Origin: a virus
Taxonomy: Duplodnaviria > Caudoviricetes
Direction: 5' to 3' (one strand)
IMG/VR virus record: IMGVR_UViG_3300011116_001123
Span: 24,931 to 88,930 of that record
Length of the DNA stretch: 64,000 bases
In this document: positions 36,817 through 45,961 of the stretch, piece after piece
How positions within the stretch are numbered: the first letter of the stretch is position 1
Layout: each line of letters begins with the position of its first letter
Position numbers and translations under genes: made by a program
Notes under the pieces: model-generated
What the model was told of the DNA's origin: nothing
Database searches by the model: none
What the model saw: only the letters and a program-made list of their open reading frames with translations

Positions 36817-37214
36817 AATTTACCTTCCTTTCTCATTTGTTCTCTGATTTTTGTGGCAGAGATATCCGAAACTTCTTGAGGTGGAATGTGTTCAATAATG
36901 TCATAACCGACTCCTCTACCAAAATTAATAGATTCTATATTAGGGATAATAATAACTTTAACTCTACCCTCCATAATTAAGTCTATAAGTTCTCCAGTGA
37001 TTCTATTCTCAACCTCTTGTGAAGTATAAGGATTTTTATCGTCAGGTTCAATGTCTCTAATACAAATTAGAACATTTTTACCTTCGTCTAATATTTCATT
37101 CACAATCCACCTATGTCCAGCATGAAAGGGTTGAAATCTTCCCACAAACATGGAATATTGTTTACCTCCCGTATTTTTTAATTTTGGATCTCCCTCGACG
37201 TGTACCTTTTTCAT
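36813..37214 (-). CDS. HxGH nucleotidyltransferase (cytidylyltransferase-like)
   Basis: GRFQPFHAGH and ISATKIR motifs. Confidence 0.85.
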   Translation of the reverse strand: MKKVHVEGDPKLKNTGGKQYSMFVGRFQPFHAGHRWIVNEILDEGKNVLICIRDIEPDDKNPYTSQEVENRITGELIDLIMEGRVKVIIIPNIESINFGRGVGYDIIEHIPPQEVSDISATKIREQMRKEGKL

Positions 37215-37663
37215 TTTTGTTTTTGATTTGTTTTTATGAACTCCAAAATAATATTTACAGAATCCTCAATTGAGACCTTGGTTGTATCAATATCAATGAA
37301 ATTCTCAGTTGGTTGTTGATATTCTTTAACGAAATAATCTTCTCTACCTCTAACTTCGGTGGTGTGTACATAAACTTCGATAAGTTTATCTCCCATCTTT
37401 GATTTGAACCTATCTCTTTGGTCTTTATATGGAGACACCAAAGAAACAAATACGTGTTTACCTTTATTATGAAGATATTCTGAGATTTGTTGAGCAAGTT
37501 CAATATTCTTTCTCCGTCCAACTTCGGAGTAATCCTTATTATCAAATAAATCCCTCAAATCATCACCATCAATGTGAAATACATCTGACCCCATGTTCAA
37601 CATTATTTGTTTACATAGAGTTGTCTTACCCGATCCAGGTTGTCCCGTTAACCAAACTATCAT
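37211..37663 (-). CDS. cysC: Adenylylsulfate kinase
   Basis: WLTGQPGSGKTT, IDGD.LR, VSLVSPY motifs. Confidence 0.85.
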   Translation of the reverse strand: MIVWLTGQPGSGKTTLCKQIMLNMGSDVFHIDGDDLRDLFDNKDYSEVGRRKNIELAQQISEYLHNKGKHVFVSLVSPYKDQRDRFKSKMGDKLIEVYVHTTEVRGREDYFVKEYQQPTENFIDIDTTKVSIEDSVNIILEFIKTNQKQK

Positions 37664-37884
37664 TTTTCTAAATTTTTGATTTTTCTATCTAAATAAAATG
37701 CGGCTTTCTTCAAGTCTTCAAGTTCTTTTGTTTGGTCTTTTTTACCAGCCCTTGCAACGTATTTAACAACGTTGAATAGATACGCATCTTTATCTAAATC
37801 CCACGCCTCACATACTTTGATAACCTCATAGGTATTGTCCTCACCCCCATAATGATTAGGGTGATTTACCATTTCTTTATTCAT
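37660..37884 (-). CDS. DUF3310 (SaV-like) protein
   Basis: VNHPNHY..NVVKY..RAG.K..EDL.KA.FYL; start moved to MNKEM. Confidence 0.8.
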   Translation of the reverse strand: MNKEMVNHPNHYGGEDNTYEVIKVCEAWDLDKDAYLFNVVKYVARAGKKDQTKELEDLKKAAFYLDRKIKNLEK

Positions 37885-38014
37885 TGTTTTTACCCCACTT
37901 TTTTCCAATGTATTCATTGTATCTATCATATTTTCTTGGACTGTATAGAATCCAAACAAAATAGATATCAATGAACCATTCTATTTTTTTTAGAATTTTT
38001 TTAATTTTTTCCAA
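37877..38014 (-). CDS. Small hypothetical protein (possible TTG start)
   Basis: Fills the gap between operonic genes. Confidence 0.35.
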   Translation of the reverse strand: MEKIKKILKKIEWFIDIYFVWILYSPRKYDRYNEYIGKKWGKNNE

Positions 38015-38213
38015 AATATTGTTCGATGGTTTCAAGTCTTTCATCAGCATCTGCCAACATACGGAGAGCTTCTTCAGCATTCTCATAAAAGTCTTTGGTT
38101 GAATGGTCACCGATACCTACACCTGTATTACCTAACAAGTCCAGGGTTAATAGTGCTTTAGCCTTATCCGCCTCTGCTGAGGTCTTTAACATTTTGATTA
38201 GATTTTTATTCAT
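38001..38213 (-). CDS. Hypothetical protein
   Basis: GVGIGDHS motif. Confidence 0.65.
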   Translation of the reverse strand: MNKNLIKMLKTSAEADKAKALLTLDLLGNTGVGIGDHSTKDFYENAEEALRMLADADERLETIEQYFGKN

Positions 38214-38406
38214 AACTTTCATTTTGATTAATTAAATTTAATATTTGTTCATCGGTTTTTCCTTGAACGTGCATGTTGAAAATAAGAGAACAGGTATCAT
38301 TCTCGAAATACAACATATCACTTTTCCCGTAATATTCTTTCAATCTCCTTTCTTTGAGGGCTGTGACACATTGGTCAAGTTTTACCCATCTCTTGTTAAC
38401 GCTCAT
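38206..38406 (-). CDS. Hypothetical protein
   Basis: 66-aa operonic ORF. Confidence 0.55.
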   Translation of the reverse strand: MSVNKRWVKLDQCVTALKERRLKEYYGKSDMLYFENDTCSLIFNMHVQGKTDEQILNLINQNESYE

Positions 38407-38424
38407 TTTGAAAATATAATAAAG

Positions 38425-39204
38425 TTAGTTCTGAGAGTCAAAGTTATTAATTTTTTCGAAATTAACAACTTGAAAAATATAAGACATAACTTTTCTTTTG
38501 ATAATAGGTACCATCGTTTCCTCGAATGGAAAATTCTGTGAACATTTGATTTCGAATATGGGTAGATTTTTATAAAATTCTGTTTGATTCCATTTTGAAT
38601 TCGAATCAATAATTTCAGTGAGTGTTCGTTCATCCATCCCACCTTCAGATATCAAACTCAAATGTGTCCTGTTTGTAGACTTATCTTTTTTGTCAGCCTT
38701 AATTTCATACTCCCACACGTACATTTTTTCTTCTGACTTTCGATAGAAAAAAATATATCCTGAGCCTGAAACTAAATTGTTTTTGTTTTTTCTCAAATAC
38801 AAATCAATAGATTCGAATGCAATATTCCATATTGATTTGGCGATGTTGAAAGCATCAAATAGTTTTGGGCCTGAAAACTTCAGAGTTTTATCTAATTCAT
38901 TTTCTTCTTGTTCGGTTAATTGTCTTGGTTTCTTTGGGGTCAATTCTTTAACAAGAATTTCATCATCAGGTGATTCGAATTTTTTGTTGGTTAACAAAAG
39001 TGTATTCTCCTTTGAGATTGACTGAATATTTGCAAGATGTAATGACAATTCCACAAAATTTGGGTATAACTCAAACTTATCAAAACTTTCGTCACATTTC
39101 TGTAGATAGTCCAACAAAGTGTATTTGTTGTACTCAAAATCCAATGGTTCTTTGAACATCCATTCTGGATTCAATTTGAATGATATCTTTTTCTTTCTAC
39201 CCAT
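38425..39204 (-). CDS. Hypothetical protein
   Basis: 259-aa ORF; P.DFEY.KY.LL.YL motif. Confidence 0.75.
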   Translation of the reverse strand: MGRKKKISFKLNPEWMFKEPLDFEYNKYTLLDYLQKCDESFDKFELYPNFVELSLHLANIQSISKENTLLLTNKKFESPDDEILVKELTPKKPRQLTEQEENELDKTLKFSGPKLFDAFNIAKSIWNIAFESIDLYLRKNKNNLVSGSGYIFFYRKSEEKMYVWEYEIKADKKDKSTNRTHLSLISEGGMDERTLTEIIDSNSKWNQTEFYKNLPIFEIKCSQNFPFEETMVPIIKRKVMSYIFQVVNFEKINNFDSQN

Positions 39205-39230
39205 AGGGAAATTATAATAGTTATTAACTA

Positions 39231-40076
39231 TTAATCAATTCTCATTATATAAAATAAGTCTCTGTCATCATAAACGTCGTGAGCTTCTCCATCGTAGGTA
39301 GCAAGGTAATGTCCGTAACCGTCCATGTCTATCGCTTCCTGTATCAGACTATCAATATCTATAAATGACTCATAGTGCAAATCTAAATTCTCTATAAACT
39401 CCCAAGGATCGGCTTTGGCTTCTCGTAATTTAGTTTCAATCATATCATCGATTAATTCATCGGGGAATTCTCCTTGAGGATCAGATCTTATTTCCAAAAT
39501 TTCTAAAGTATATTCGTCAATTAATTCTTCAAACTCAGATATTTTAGACGCATAAAAATCTTCATTCCCTTTCTCCATAAAGTTTTGAAGTTGTTTTACA
39601 CCATTTTCTAATCTTTTTTGTTTGTTTGTCAAGATTTCAACTTGTTCTTTTTGTCTAAATGACAACATCCTATCTGCATCATCGAAATACCCTTCAGCGT
39701 AATTATAAACATCATCAGTATAATAATCTTGGGCGTATTCCATGACTCTTTTAATGTCCAAGTGACTTTTAACGAAATCTTTATTGAAGACCGATACCCC
39801 TTCAGAATCTATCATATCTTTGATATATTCTACAGCAGATGCATGTGTGTCATATTCACTACCAATTGCATATTCAGAACCTTCGACACTGAATCTATCT
39901 AAATCGTAGTAATCTCCAACGAAGATGATATCTTCCAATGTTGCATCCTCAGATAAATCTCCATTATCTTTCAACCAACTCAAAAGAAGTTTAGCTCTCA
40001 ATTTTAGTGAGGGGTTATTTTCCATGTATAATTTGGTTCTATCTTCATCAGATTCATTTTGTAGTGAAAAATTCAT
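39231..40076 (-). CDS. Acidic hypothetical protein
   Basis: TATTTAT 40090-40096; DGYGH.L..YDG motif. Confidence 0.75.
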   Translation of the reverse strand: MNFSLQNESDEDRTKLYMENNPSLKLRAKLLLSWLKDNGDLSEDATLEDIIFVGDYYDLDRFSVEGSEYAIGSEYDTHASAVEYIKDMIDSEGVSVFNKDFVKSHLDIKRVMEYAQDYYTDDVYNYAEGYFDDADRMLSFRQKEQVEILTNKQKRLENGVKQLQNFMEKGNEDFYASKISEFEELIDEYTLEILEIRSDPQGEFPDELIDDMIETKLREAKADPWEFIENLDLHYESFIDIDSLIQEAIDMDGYGHYLATYDGEAHDVYDDRDLFYIMRID

Positions 40077-40162
40077 CAGTTTTTATTTAATAAATATCTT
40101 TATGCAATATAATTAAAGTAAGGAACTATTTATAGACATAAACAAATTAAATTATCATCACT

Positions 40163-40318
40163 ATGGGATGCGGATGCAAAAACAATAATCAAGCACAGCC
40201 TCAAGCTCAACAACAAGCTACAACTCAATTAGCGAAAGAACAACAAAATGAGAGTGTTAAGGCGGCTATCAAAAAAACTGTAGAGAAGTACTACAACGTA
40301 AACAAAACTTCTAACTAA
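40163..40318 (+). CDS. 51-aa MGCGCK protein (not in ORF track)
   Basis: TATTTAT 40126-40132 upstream; terminator 40339-40366 downstream. Confidence 0.7.
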   Translation: MGCGCKNNNQAQPQAQQQATTQLAKEQQNESVKAAIKKTVEKYYNVNKTSN

Positions 40319-40338
40319 GTTTTAATGTAGGGATTTAT

Positions 40339-40366
40339 AAAAGGGACAATTATTTGTCCCTTTTTT
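40339..40366 (+). terminator. Intrinsic terminator
   Basis: AAAAGGGACAA/TTGTCCCTTTT stem plus T-run. Confidence 0.8.
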
Positions 40367-40378
40367 GTATTTATTAAT

Positions 40379-41374
40379 ATGAATTTTCAAAAGATAATTG
40401 ACGACTTCAATGATGGTGAGTTTGACGCCGAACTTTTTTTCGGTGATTGGAACACATTTTTTACCATTTTGGACAAAAGAGGTTTTATTAACCAAATTGA
40501 TATCGAGAATACAGAGGTACAAAACGCATTGTTGATTTGGCTTCATGGTAGAGACCGTAAAAGGTTCCTCGAATTTGTTGAAGATAAATTGTCAGATATT
40601 ATCGTTGATGAAAATGGTGTAGTTTATTTGGATTTGGATGACAGGTCTGAGTTATCAAATTTTTTCTGTGAAAGTTCCCGTAATGGACTTTCGAAAGGAT
40701 ATGTTGAAGATGTTCTATCTGGAGAAAATGACCTTTACCTTTACGACCGCACGACTAATAGTGTCTATCGGGATGTAATCTACGGACTGAATCCAAAAAA
40801 TATGGAATACTTAAGAAAACGTGTCTTCGAAATCCTTAAGGACCAAAAAATAGAAACTGAGACTATCCAATTAGAAGATATTGCTAAAGAACAAGGTCAT
40901 CCCGAATACGTGACAGTTGATAATCCTACAACAGCACAGACTATCATAGACGATGAAGAGTCAATGAATTACCTTTTGGAAACTCATCTTGAAGAGTTGA
41001 ATGACCAATTAATGTCCATTCACAATGATGCTTATAACCAAGCATATGAAAGTGAACTTTATAAAAGCATTTTCAATGAATTACAAGAGTATATAAACGG
41101 TAATGGTGAATATTATTCAAAACCTCACCGTTTCAAAAAAGATACAATGACTCAACGATTTAGAGTTCCTGTTGCATCAAACTTTGACGAAGTAATTTTA
41201 GACTATTTAATTTCGAACAAAAATCGAGGATCTCGTGGATTATTAGAATATTGGGGTGAGTACATACCATTGGTTCAAGATGAACAAGATTGTTTGAAAG
41301 TATATCCACCAGATTATCCTGACTTTAGAGAGGTCGAGAATAATATTAATGAAATTTTCACAGATTACCTGTAA
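40379..41374 (+). CDS. Acidic hypothetical protein
   Basis: TATTTAT 40368-40374. Confidence 0.75.
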   Translation: MNFQKIIDDFNDGEFDAELFFGDWNTFFTILDKRGFINQIDIENTEVQNALLIWLHGRDRKRFLEFVEDKLSDIIVDENGVVYLDLDDRSELSNFFCESSRNGLSKGYVEDVLSGENDLYLYDRTTNSVYRDVIYGLNPKNMEYLRKRVFEILKDQKIETETIQLEDIAKEQGHPEYVTVDNPTTAQTIIDDEESMNYLLETHLEELNDQLMSIHNDAYNQAYESELYKSIFNELQEYINGNGEYYSKPHRFKKDTMTQRFRVPVASNFDEVILDYLISNKNRGSRGLLEYWGEYIPLVQDEQDCLKVYPPDYPDFREVENNINEIFTDYL

Positions 41375-41431
41375 TTATTCTATTCTTTTTGCAAGTAAAA
41401 TTTATTATCATTCAACAAATCAATGAATTAA

Positions 41432-42178
41432 ATGATACTTAAGAAGACCAATAGTAGGGTTTACACAATAAATTTATTTTCGGATTATCTGTTAACAAAA
41501 ATCCCTCACTCAGAGGAATCAATTTTCTCAGTAGCAGATTGTAAAAATTTCATTATCATAAAAGGGAAGACTTCATACAAAGAAATTTTAGACATTAGCT
41601 CAATAACGAAAGAGTTTAATGAAAAGTATGAACCTGAAACACCAATCTCCCATACTATAGATTTGATTGAATATGATTGTAAGTTATCCAAAATAAAAAA
41701 TTTGGAGTTTATTTTACATCGTTCGGATAACTGTTCCTACCATAAAACCCAAATTGAAAAATTTTTATCGAGCGAATCCTCATTCGATTTCAGTTGTTAC
41801 CCATCGGAGTTGTCTGATGAAGAGTTGATTATTACCTCCGAATTCCCTCATGGTTATTCATTGAACCAAGGAAGACTTATTTACTTTTACGGAAAACACA
41901 TTTTTTATAATATTCCGACTAACTATACAAATTCATCCATGATTTTCAATCTATCTTTGGACAAAGATGATGAAAATGATAATATTATCTCAATATTCAA
42001 TATCGATAAAAACTCTGAAGATGAAACCTTAAAATCGGCAATATTAGATGTGTTCGATTTTGATATGTCTTGGTTATCATCTGAAATGAAAAAAGTGGAT
42101 TGGAGTATTGAACTCACAAATCCACTTGAGGAATATTCTTTTATTAAAAAGAAAAATAAGGACTTTATTATTTTCTAA
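41432..42178 (+). CDS. Hypothetical protein, possibly a degenerate MetK-like fold
   Basis: NLFSDYLL, IIIKG.T and PHG..GR..Y..K.I..NI weakly echo MetK. Confidence 0.6.
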   Translation: MILKKTNSRVYTINLFSDYLLTKIPHSEESIFSVADCKNFIIIKGKTSYKEILDISSITKEFNEKYEPETPISHTIDLIEYDCKLSKIKNLEFILHRSDNCSYHKTQIEKFLSSESSFDFSCYPSELSDEELIITSEFPHGYSLNQGRLIYFYGKHIFYNIPTNYTNSSMIFNLSLDKDDENDNIISIFNIDKNSEDETLKSAILDVFDFDMSWLSSEMKKVDWSIELTNPLEEYSFIKKKNKDFIIF

Positions 42179-42474
42179 ATAATCCCGACATTTTTTCGGT
42201 GTTCGTTGATTATTTGAAGTGCTTCGGTCAACTCGTTATAATTTTTTTCAGGTGTGTAAAGAAAGGATTTGTAATCCTTCCCACTACCTTCAATAATCAA
42301 TAATGCTGGAATCATATCATTATCAGTTATTTCACTGAAAATGTCGTACTCATCTTTGTACTCGTCGATATCTCTATCAAAAAATTCAACTCCTTCTTCC
42401 TTCAACATTTTTTTGAAGTCAACACAAAAAGGACATCCTTTCATAGTATAGACAATTACATTCAGATCCTTCAT
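42175..42474 (-). CDS. Glutaredoxin
   Basis: YTMKGCPFC; IP motif. Confidence 0.85.
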   Translation of the reverse strand: MKDLNVIVYTMKGCPFCVDFKKMLKEEGVEFFDRDIDEYKDEYDIFSEITDNDMIPALLIIEGSGKDYKSFLYTPEKNYNELTEALQIINEHRKNVGII

Positions 42475-42479
42475 GATTA

Positions 42480-42797
42480 TTAATCTAACAATTTAAGAAG
42501 TTGATCAGGTGACATAACTCCTGGTTTTGAAAAAGTTTCCTCACCATTTTCGAATATTTTAATCGTCGGAACTCCCCTCACATTCCATTCTTTCATAAGG
42601 TCCATGTCTTGTTCAATGTCAAATTTATAGACCCCGTATTTCGGTGTTCCTTTTTGCATCAAAGTTTCATTAACTTTTTCAAGGTTCCCCAACATTATTT
42701 TGCACGGTCCACACCAAGTTGCAAATAGGTCAAGGACGAAGTTTTCCTTGTTGTTAATCTTTTGTTTTAGTTCTTCACTTGTTAGTTGTTTTGTCAT
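42480..42797 (-). CDS. trxA: Thioredoxin
   Basis: WCGPC; VRGVPT. Confidence 0.9.
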   Translation of the reverse strand: MTKQLTSEELKQKINNKENFVLDLFATWCGPCKIMLGNLEKVNETLMQKGTPKYGVYKFDIEQDMDLMKEWNVRGVPTIKIFENGEETFSKPGVMSPDQLLKLLD

Positions 42798-43119
42798 TGT
42801 TAAATTGTTTTAATAGTTGTTGTATAAAAATTGTTAGTTCGCTGTGTTGACTTTGATTGTAATACACAATTAAATTCGATTCAACTTCACCTAACAATAA
42901 ATATAAATAAAATCCCTGTTTTGTTTTATAAATTTTTTTATTGAATTTAGGTTTTACATTAATGATACCTGTAGATGCCTCACTCCAAAGGACTTCTAAA
43001 CTTCTATTATCGATGAATTTATAAATAGAATGGTCAGGAAAATCCAATCTTAAACTCGAAAAAACTCCTGAAATTTTTTCATTGTTCTTAATCAATTTTG
43101 GTTTGTTTATCTTATCCAT
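42775..43119 (-). CDS. Hypothetical protein
   Basis: 114-aa operonic ORF. Confidence 0.6.
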   Translation of the reverse strand: MDKINKPKLIKNNEKISGVFSSLRLDFPDHSIYKFIDNRSLEVLWSEASTGIINVKPKFNKKIYKTKQGFYLYLLLGEVESNLIVYYNQSQHSELTIFIQQLLKQFNNDKTTNK

Positions 43120-44804
43120 TCGTGAGTCGTTTGTGTCGAGTTATCAATTTTATACGTCCATTGAATTAGACCATCGTCATCCCAATATGAATCAGACTCA
43201 AAGAATGTCCCATTATAACACTTCTTTGTTATTTTTACGGTTTCGAATCTATCATCATTCACGTAATATAACATTTTCAAATCCAATTTCAATAGCCAGT
43301 GTGTCCATTCATCAGATAATTTTCCATTGTACTTACCCAAACTTTGCACCCTTTGACATTTAACCTTATTATCCTCTCGGTATAATTGATATTCAATAGT
43401 CGCCCTTTCCTCAGAATCTCTACCACCTTTTCTGAGTGAAATAATCAAGTTCGATGATTTACCAATATAAGTTTTTACACAATTAGATTGTACAGAACTT
43501 TCTGAGTTATATGATGTTGAATCATCCAATAAAACTGGATAGTAGTCCCCGAATGGTTCTTCCAAATATTCATAAGAATATATAGGATAAATCCTTTCGT
43601 AGTGACCTTTTTTATAGAACGATAATTTATCTGACCAGTCCAAATGTTCATTTCTGAAAAATTGACTGTCCACTTCATCACTCATCCATTTCAAATCAGT
43701 CTCTCCATACAATTTCAATTGGGTGTATATTTCGATGTGATCGATAAAAGTAAAATGGTCTAACAAATCCTCGAAATACACTTTCTTAAATAAATTGAAT
43801 ACTCTTCGTAACTCATCTTTACCGATAACATTTACGAAGTCTGCGTGGATATCTCTGGGTACAACTTTATACTCGGAATTTAGAGTATGTAAAATAAAAT
43901 CATCGTCCTGATTAATCCAATCATCACCAAATAACTTCCTTGCCACAGAATACAAATCCAAATTCAATTCTTTACAACTATGGAGAGCTTTCTTCAATTT
44001 CTTACCATTCAATCCATTATGAATCATGAAGGCATCGACTAATCGATTACCATTTTTTTTGAGTATTTTTCTAATTTTGGGCCCGACAAGTTGAGAGGAG
44101 TACAATCGGAAGTTGTTTGGATACTTGATTCCCTTTTTATCCAAATAAAACTTGAATAACCTTTTATCGAAATTAAAATTAAGTGAGTCCTCTCTCCCGT
44201 CAATTTCCTTCATAAACTTTGACAATGCATCATTTGCAACGCCTGAGCTATTATGTGTATAAGACCATCCCTTATCCCTGATGGTATACATTATAGAGGA
44301 TATCGGCTCCCCCAAAAAATAGTTTTTGTGAAGTTTTTTTCTAACCTTTTTTTTATTCTGATAGTTGTGTAAAAGTCCTGAATATACATCACCTGTTTTA
44401 ACGTTGACTGTTACATAGTCCACACTACGAACGATCTTGAACCATTTGTTCCCCATTTTCCTTTCCCTATACCCATTAAAGACCTTCATAGAGACCTTAT
44501 CTCCATCTCGTTCGACCACAACCATCAAGTAAGATTTCAAGACCCTGGATAAAGGATTTCCGTAGTGTAAAATGAAGTCCTGTTCAACGTTGGAAACATA
44601 GTTTTCTAAAAAGACATCTGAGGTTTTAGATAAACTGACTTGGTCATAAGCAATTCTATAAAATTCTTTTTCCCAAACATCCTCAACTTCATCATCATCG
44701 AAAAAATATTTGTTTCTTGGATGAGGAAAAGAAATGGGAACGGTGTCGTGAAATACAACTGTGGTGTAGGATTCATAATTAACTTTGAAAATTTCTTCTT
44801 TCAT
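43107..44804 (-). CDS. PcfJ-like domain protein
   Basis: ES..QSNCV.TY, SLR, RATIE and Q..GKYN motifs. Confidence 0.7.
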   Translation of the reverse strand: MKEEIFKVNYESYTTVVFHDTVPISFPHPRNKYFFDDDEVEDVWEKEFYRIAYDQVSLSKTSDVFLENYVSNVEQDFILHYGNPLSRVLKSYLMVVVERDGDKVSMKVFNGYRERKMGNKWFKIVRSVDYVTVNVKTGDVYSGLLHNYQNKKKVRKKLHKNYFLGEPISSIMYTIRDKGWSYTHNSSGVANDALSKFMKEIDGREDSLNFNFDKRLFKFYLDKKGIKYPNNFRLYSSQLVGPKIRKILKKNGNRLVDAFMIHNGLNGKKLKKALHSCKELNLDLYSVARKLFGDDWINQDDDFILHTLNSEYKVVPRDIHADFVNVIGKDELRRVFNLFKKVYFEDLLDHFTFIDHIEIYTQLKLYGETDLKWMSDEVDSQFFRNEHLDWSDKLSFYKKGHYERIYPIYSYEYLEEPFGDYYPVLLDDSTSYNSESSVQSNCVKTYIGKSSNLIISLRKGGRDSEERATIEYQLYREDNKVKCQRVQSLGKYNGKLSDEWTHWLLKLDLKMLYYVNDDRFETVKITKKCYNGTFFESDSYWDDDGLIQWTYKIDNSTQTTHEWIR

Positions 44805-44851
44805 ATTTTAATTATAATAAAAAAAATGGGGGATATAAACCCCCCACTTAA

Positions 44852-45601
44852 TTAACAATAAGACTCTGCCAACTCCCAAAGATTAGTATTAATCTTGTTG
44901 ATGGATTGGAAGTTTTTCAATTCTTTCATCGAAGTGAATCTTCCTTTTTCGGATTGGTATCTCAAACCCCCTCGAACAAACTTCTCTTGAATTACGTTGA
45001 ACGTAGTCCAAACTGAACTTCCTGAATCCTCATGTCTGATGGGACGAAGGAAGTCCTCAAATTTGATTTTGGGGATTGACCCACTTTGCCAACGGATTGA
45101 GGTGGCTTTGGTGACAAAGTCAACCACTTTTTCTTCATCCAAGAATGTGGACTCCATCTTACCTACAGACCTTTGGATTACTGGCAGTCTTTCCGCAAAT
45201 TGGTCTGTGATTTGTCTCACTGTTCCCATGTCAAACTTCATGTGTTTAACAGAAATTTTATCCGAAAGGGATGTTGGTACTGTTAAACCATTGGAACAAA
45301 CTAATCGATGAAGACCAGCACTTACTGAGAACGTACTCATTCCGTTGTGGGAATTTCTGATAATCGCCTCTACCAAAGAATCTCCTACTTGTGGAAATTC
45401 CACATTACGTAGTCTCAACTCATGTTGGTCGTAAATCCCTCTACCGTTTTGTTTGGCAGAGTATACTTTCCATCCTTCATTCTCAAAGTTTTCGAGAATA
45501 TCCATTGTCGGTACAAAAGTGTACTTATTCGACATTTTTGGAGATGGAGAGGTGGTGAACACTGAAGGAGCGATTCTCTTGAGGTAGTCTGTCGTTATCA
45601 T
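44852..45601 (-). CDS. DUF932/DUF945 family protein
   Basis: S.KY.FVPT, NSHNG, RLVCSNG and W..FNVIQE motifs. Confidence 0.85.
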   Translation of the reverse strand: MITTDYLKRIAPSVFTTSPSPKMSNKYTFVPTMDILENFENEGWKVYSAKQNGRGIYDQHELRLRNVEFPQVGDSLVEAIIRNSHNGMSTFSVSAGLHRLVCSNGLTVPTSLSDKISVKHMKFDMGTVRQITDQFAERLPVIQRSVGKMESTFLDEEKVVDFVTKATSIRWQSGSIPKIKFEDFLRPIRHEDSGSSVWTTFNVIQEKFVRGGLRYQSEKGRFTSMKELKNFQSINKINTNLWELAESYC

Positions 45602-45620
45602 GTCTTATTGATTTAGAATT

Positions 45621-45652
45621 CAAAGATATGATAAGAAATTTAATTTGCCAAA
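45621..45652 (-). promoter_or_regulatory. Bacteroidetes sigma-A-type promoter
   Basis: TTTG-N20-TATCTTTG. Confidence 0.75.
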
Positions 45653-45653
45653 C

Positions 45654-45935
45654 TCAATTCAAAAAAAGATAACCAAATTTCGTTTTTTGAATAAAATTTT
45701 TCGAGAGTTCTTCAACTACCTGTTTATCAGGTTGATTAATTTTGGAGCAGACATCAATTAATTGAGATTGGGTTAGGCTCACATCCTCACCCTTCTCATA
45801 ATTCTCAATCGCCACTTCTTTGATTTTTATATAGAAGTATTCTTCCTTTTCTTTGGGGACCAAATTCAATAAGTCAGTAGGATTTTCCCTGAAAAACTTA
45901 ATGATGTTATTCATGTATATTTCAACATCAACCAT
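45654..45935 (-). CDS. Hypothetical protein
   Basis: 93-aa ORF. Confidence 0.65.
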   Translation of the reverse strand: MVDVEIYMNNIIKFFRENPTDLLNLVPKEKEEYFYIKIKEVAIENYEKGEDVSLTQSQLIDVCSKINQPDKQVVEELSKNFIQKTKFGYLFLN

Positions 45936-45961
45936 ATCGATTAAAATTAATTTGAGAAATA

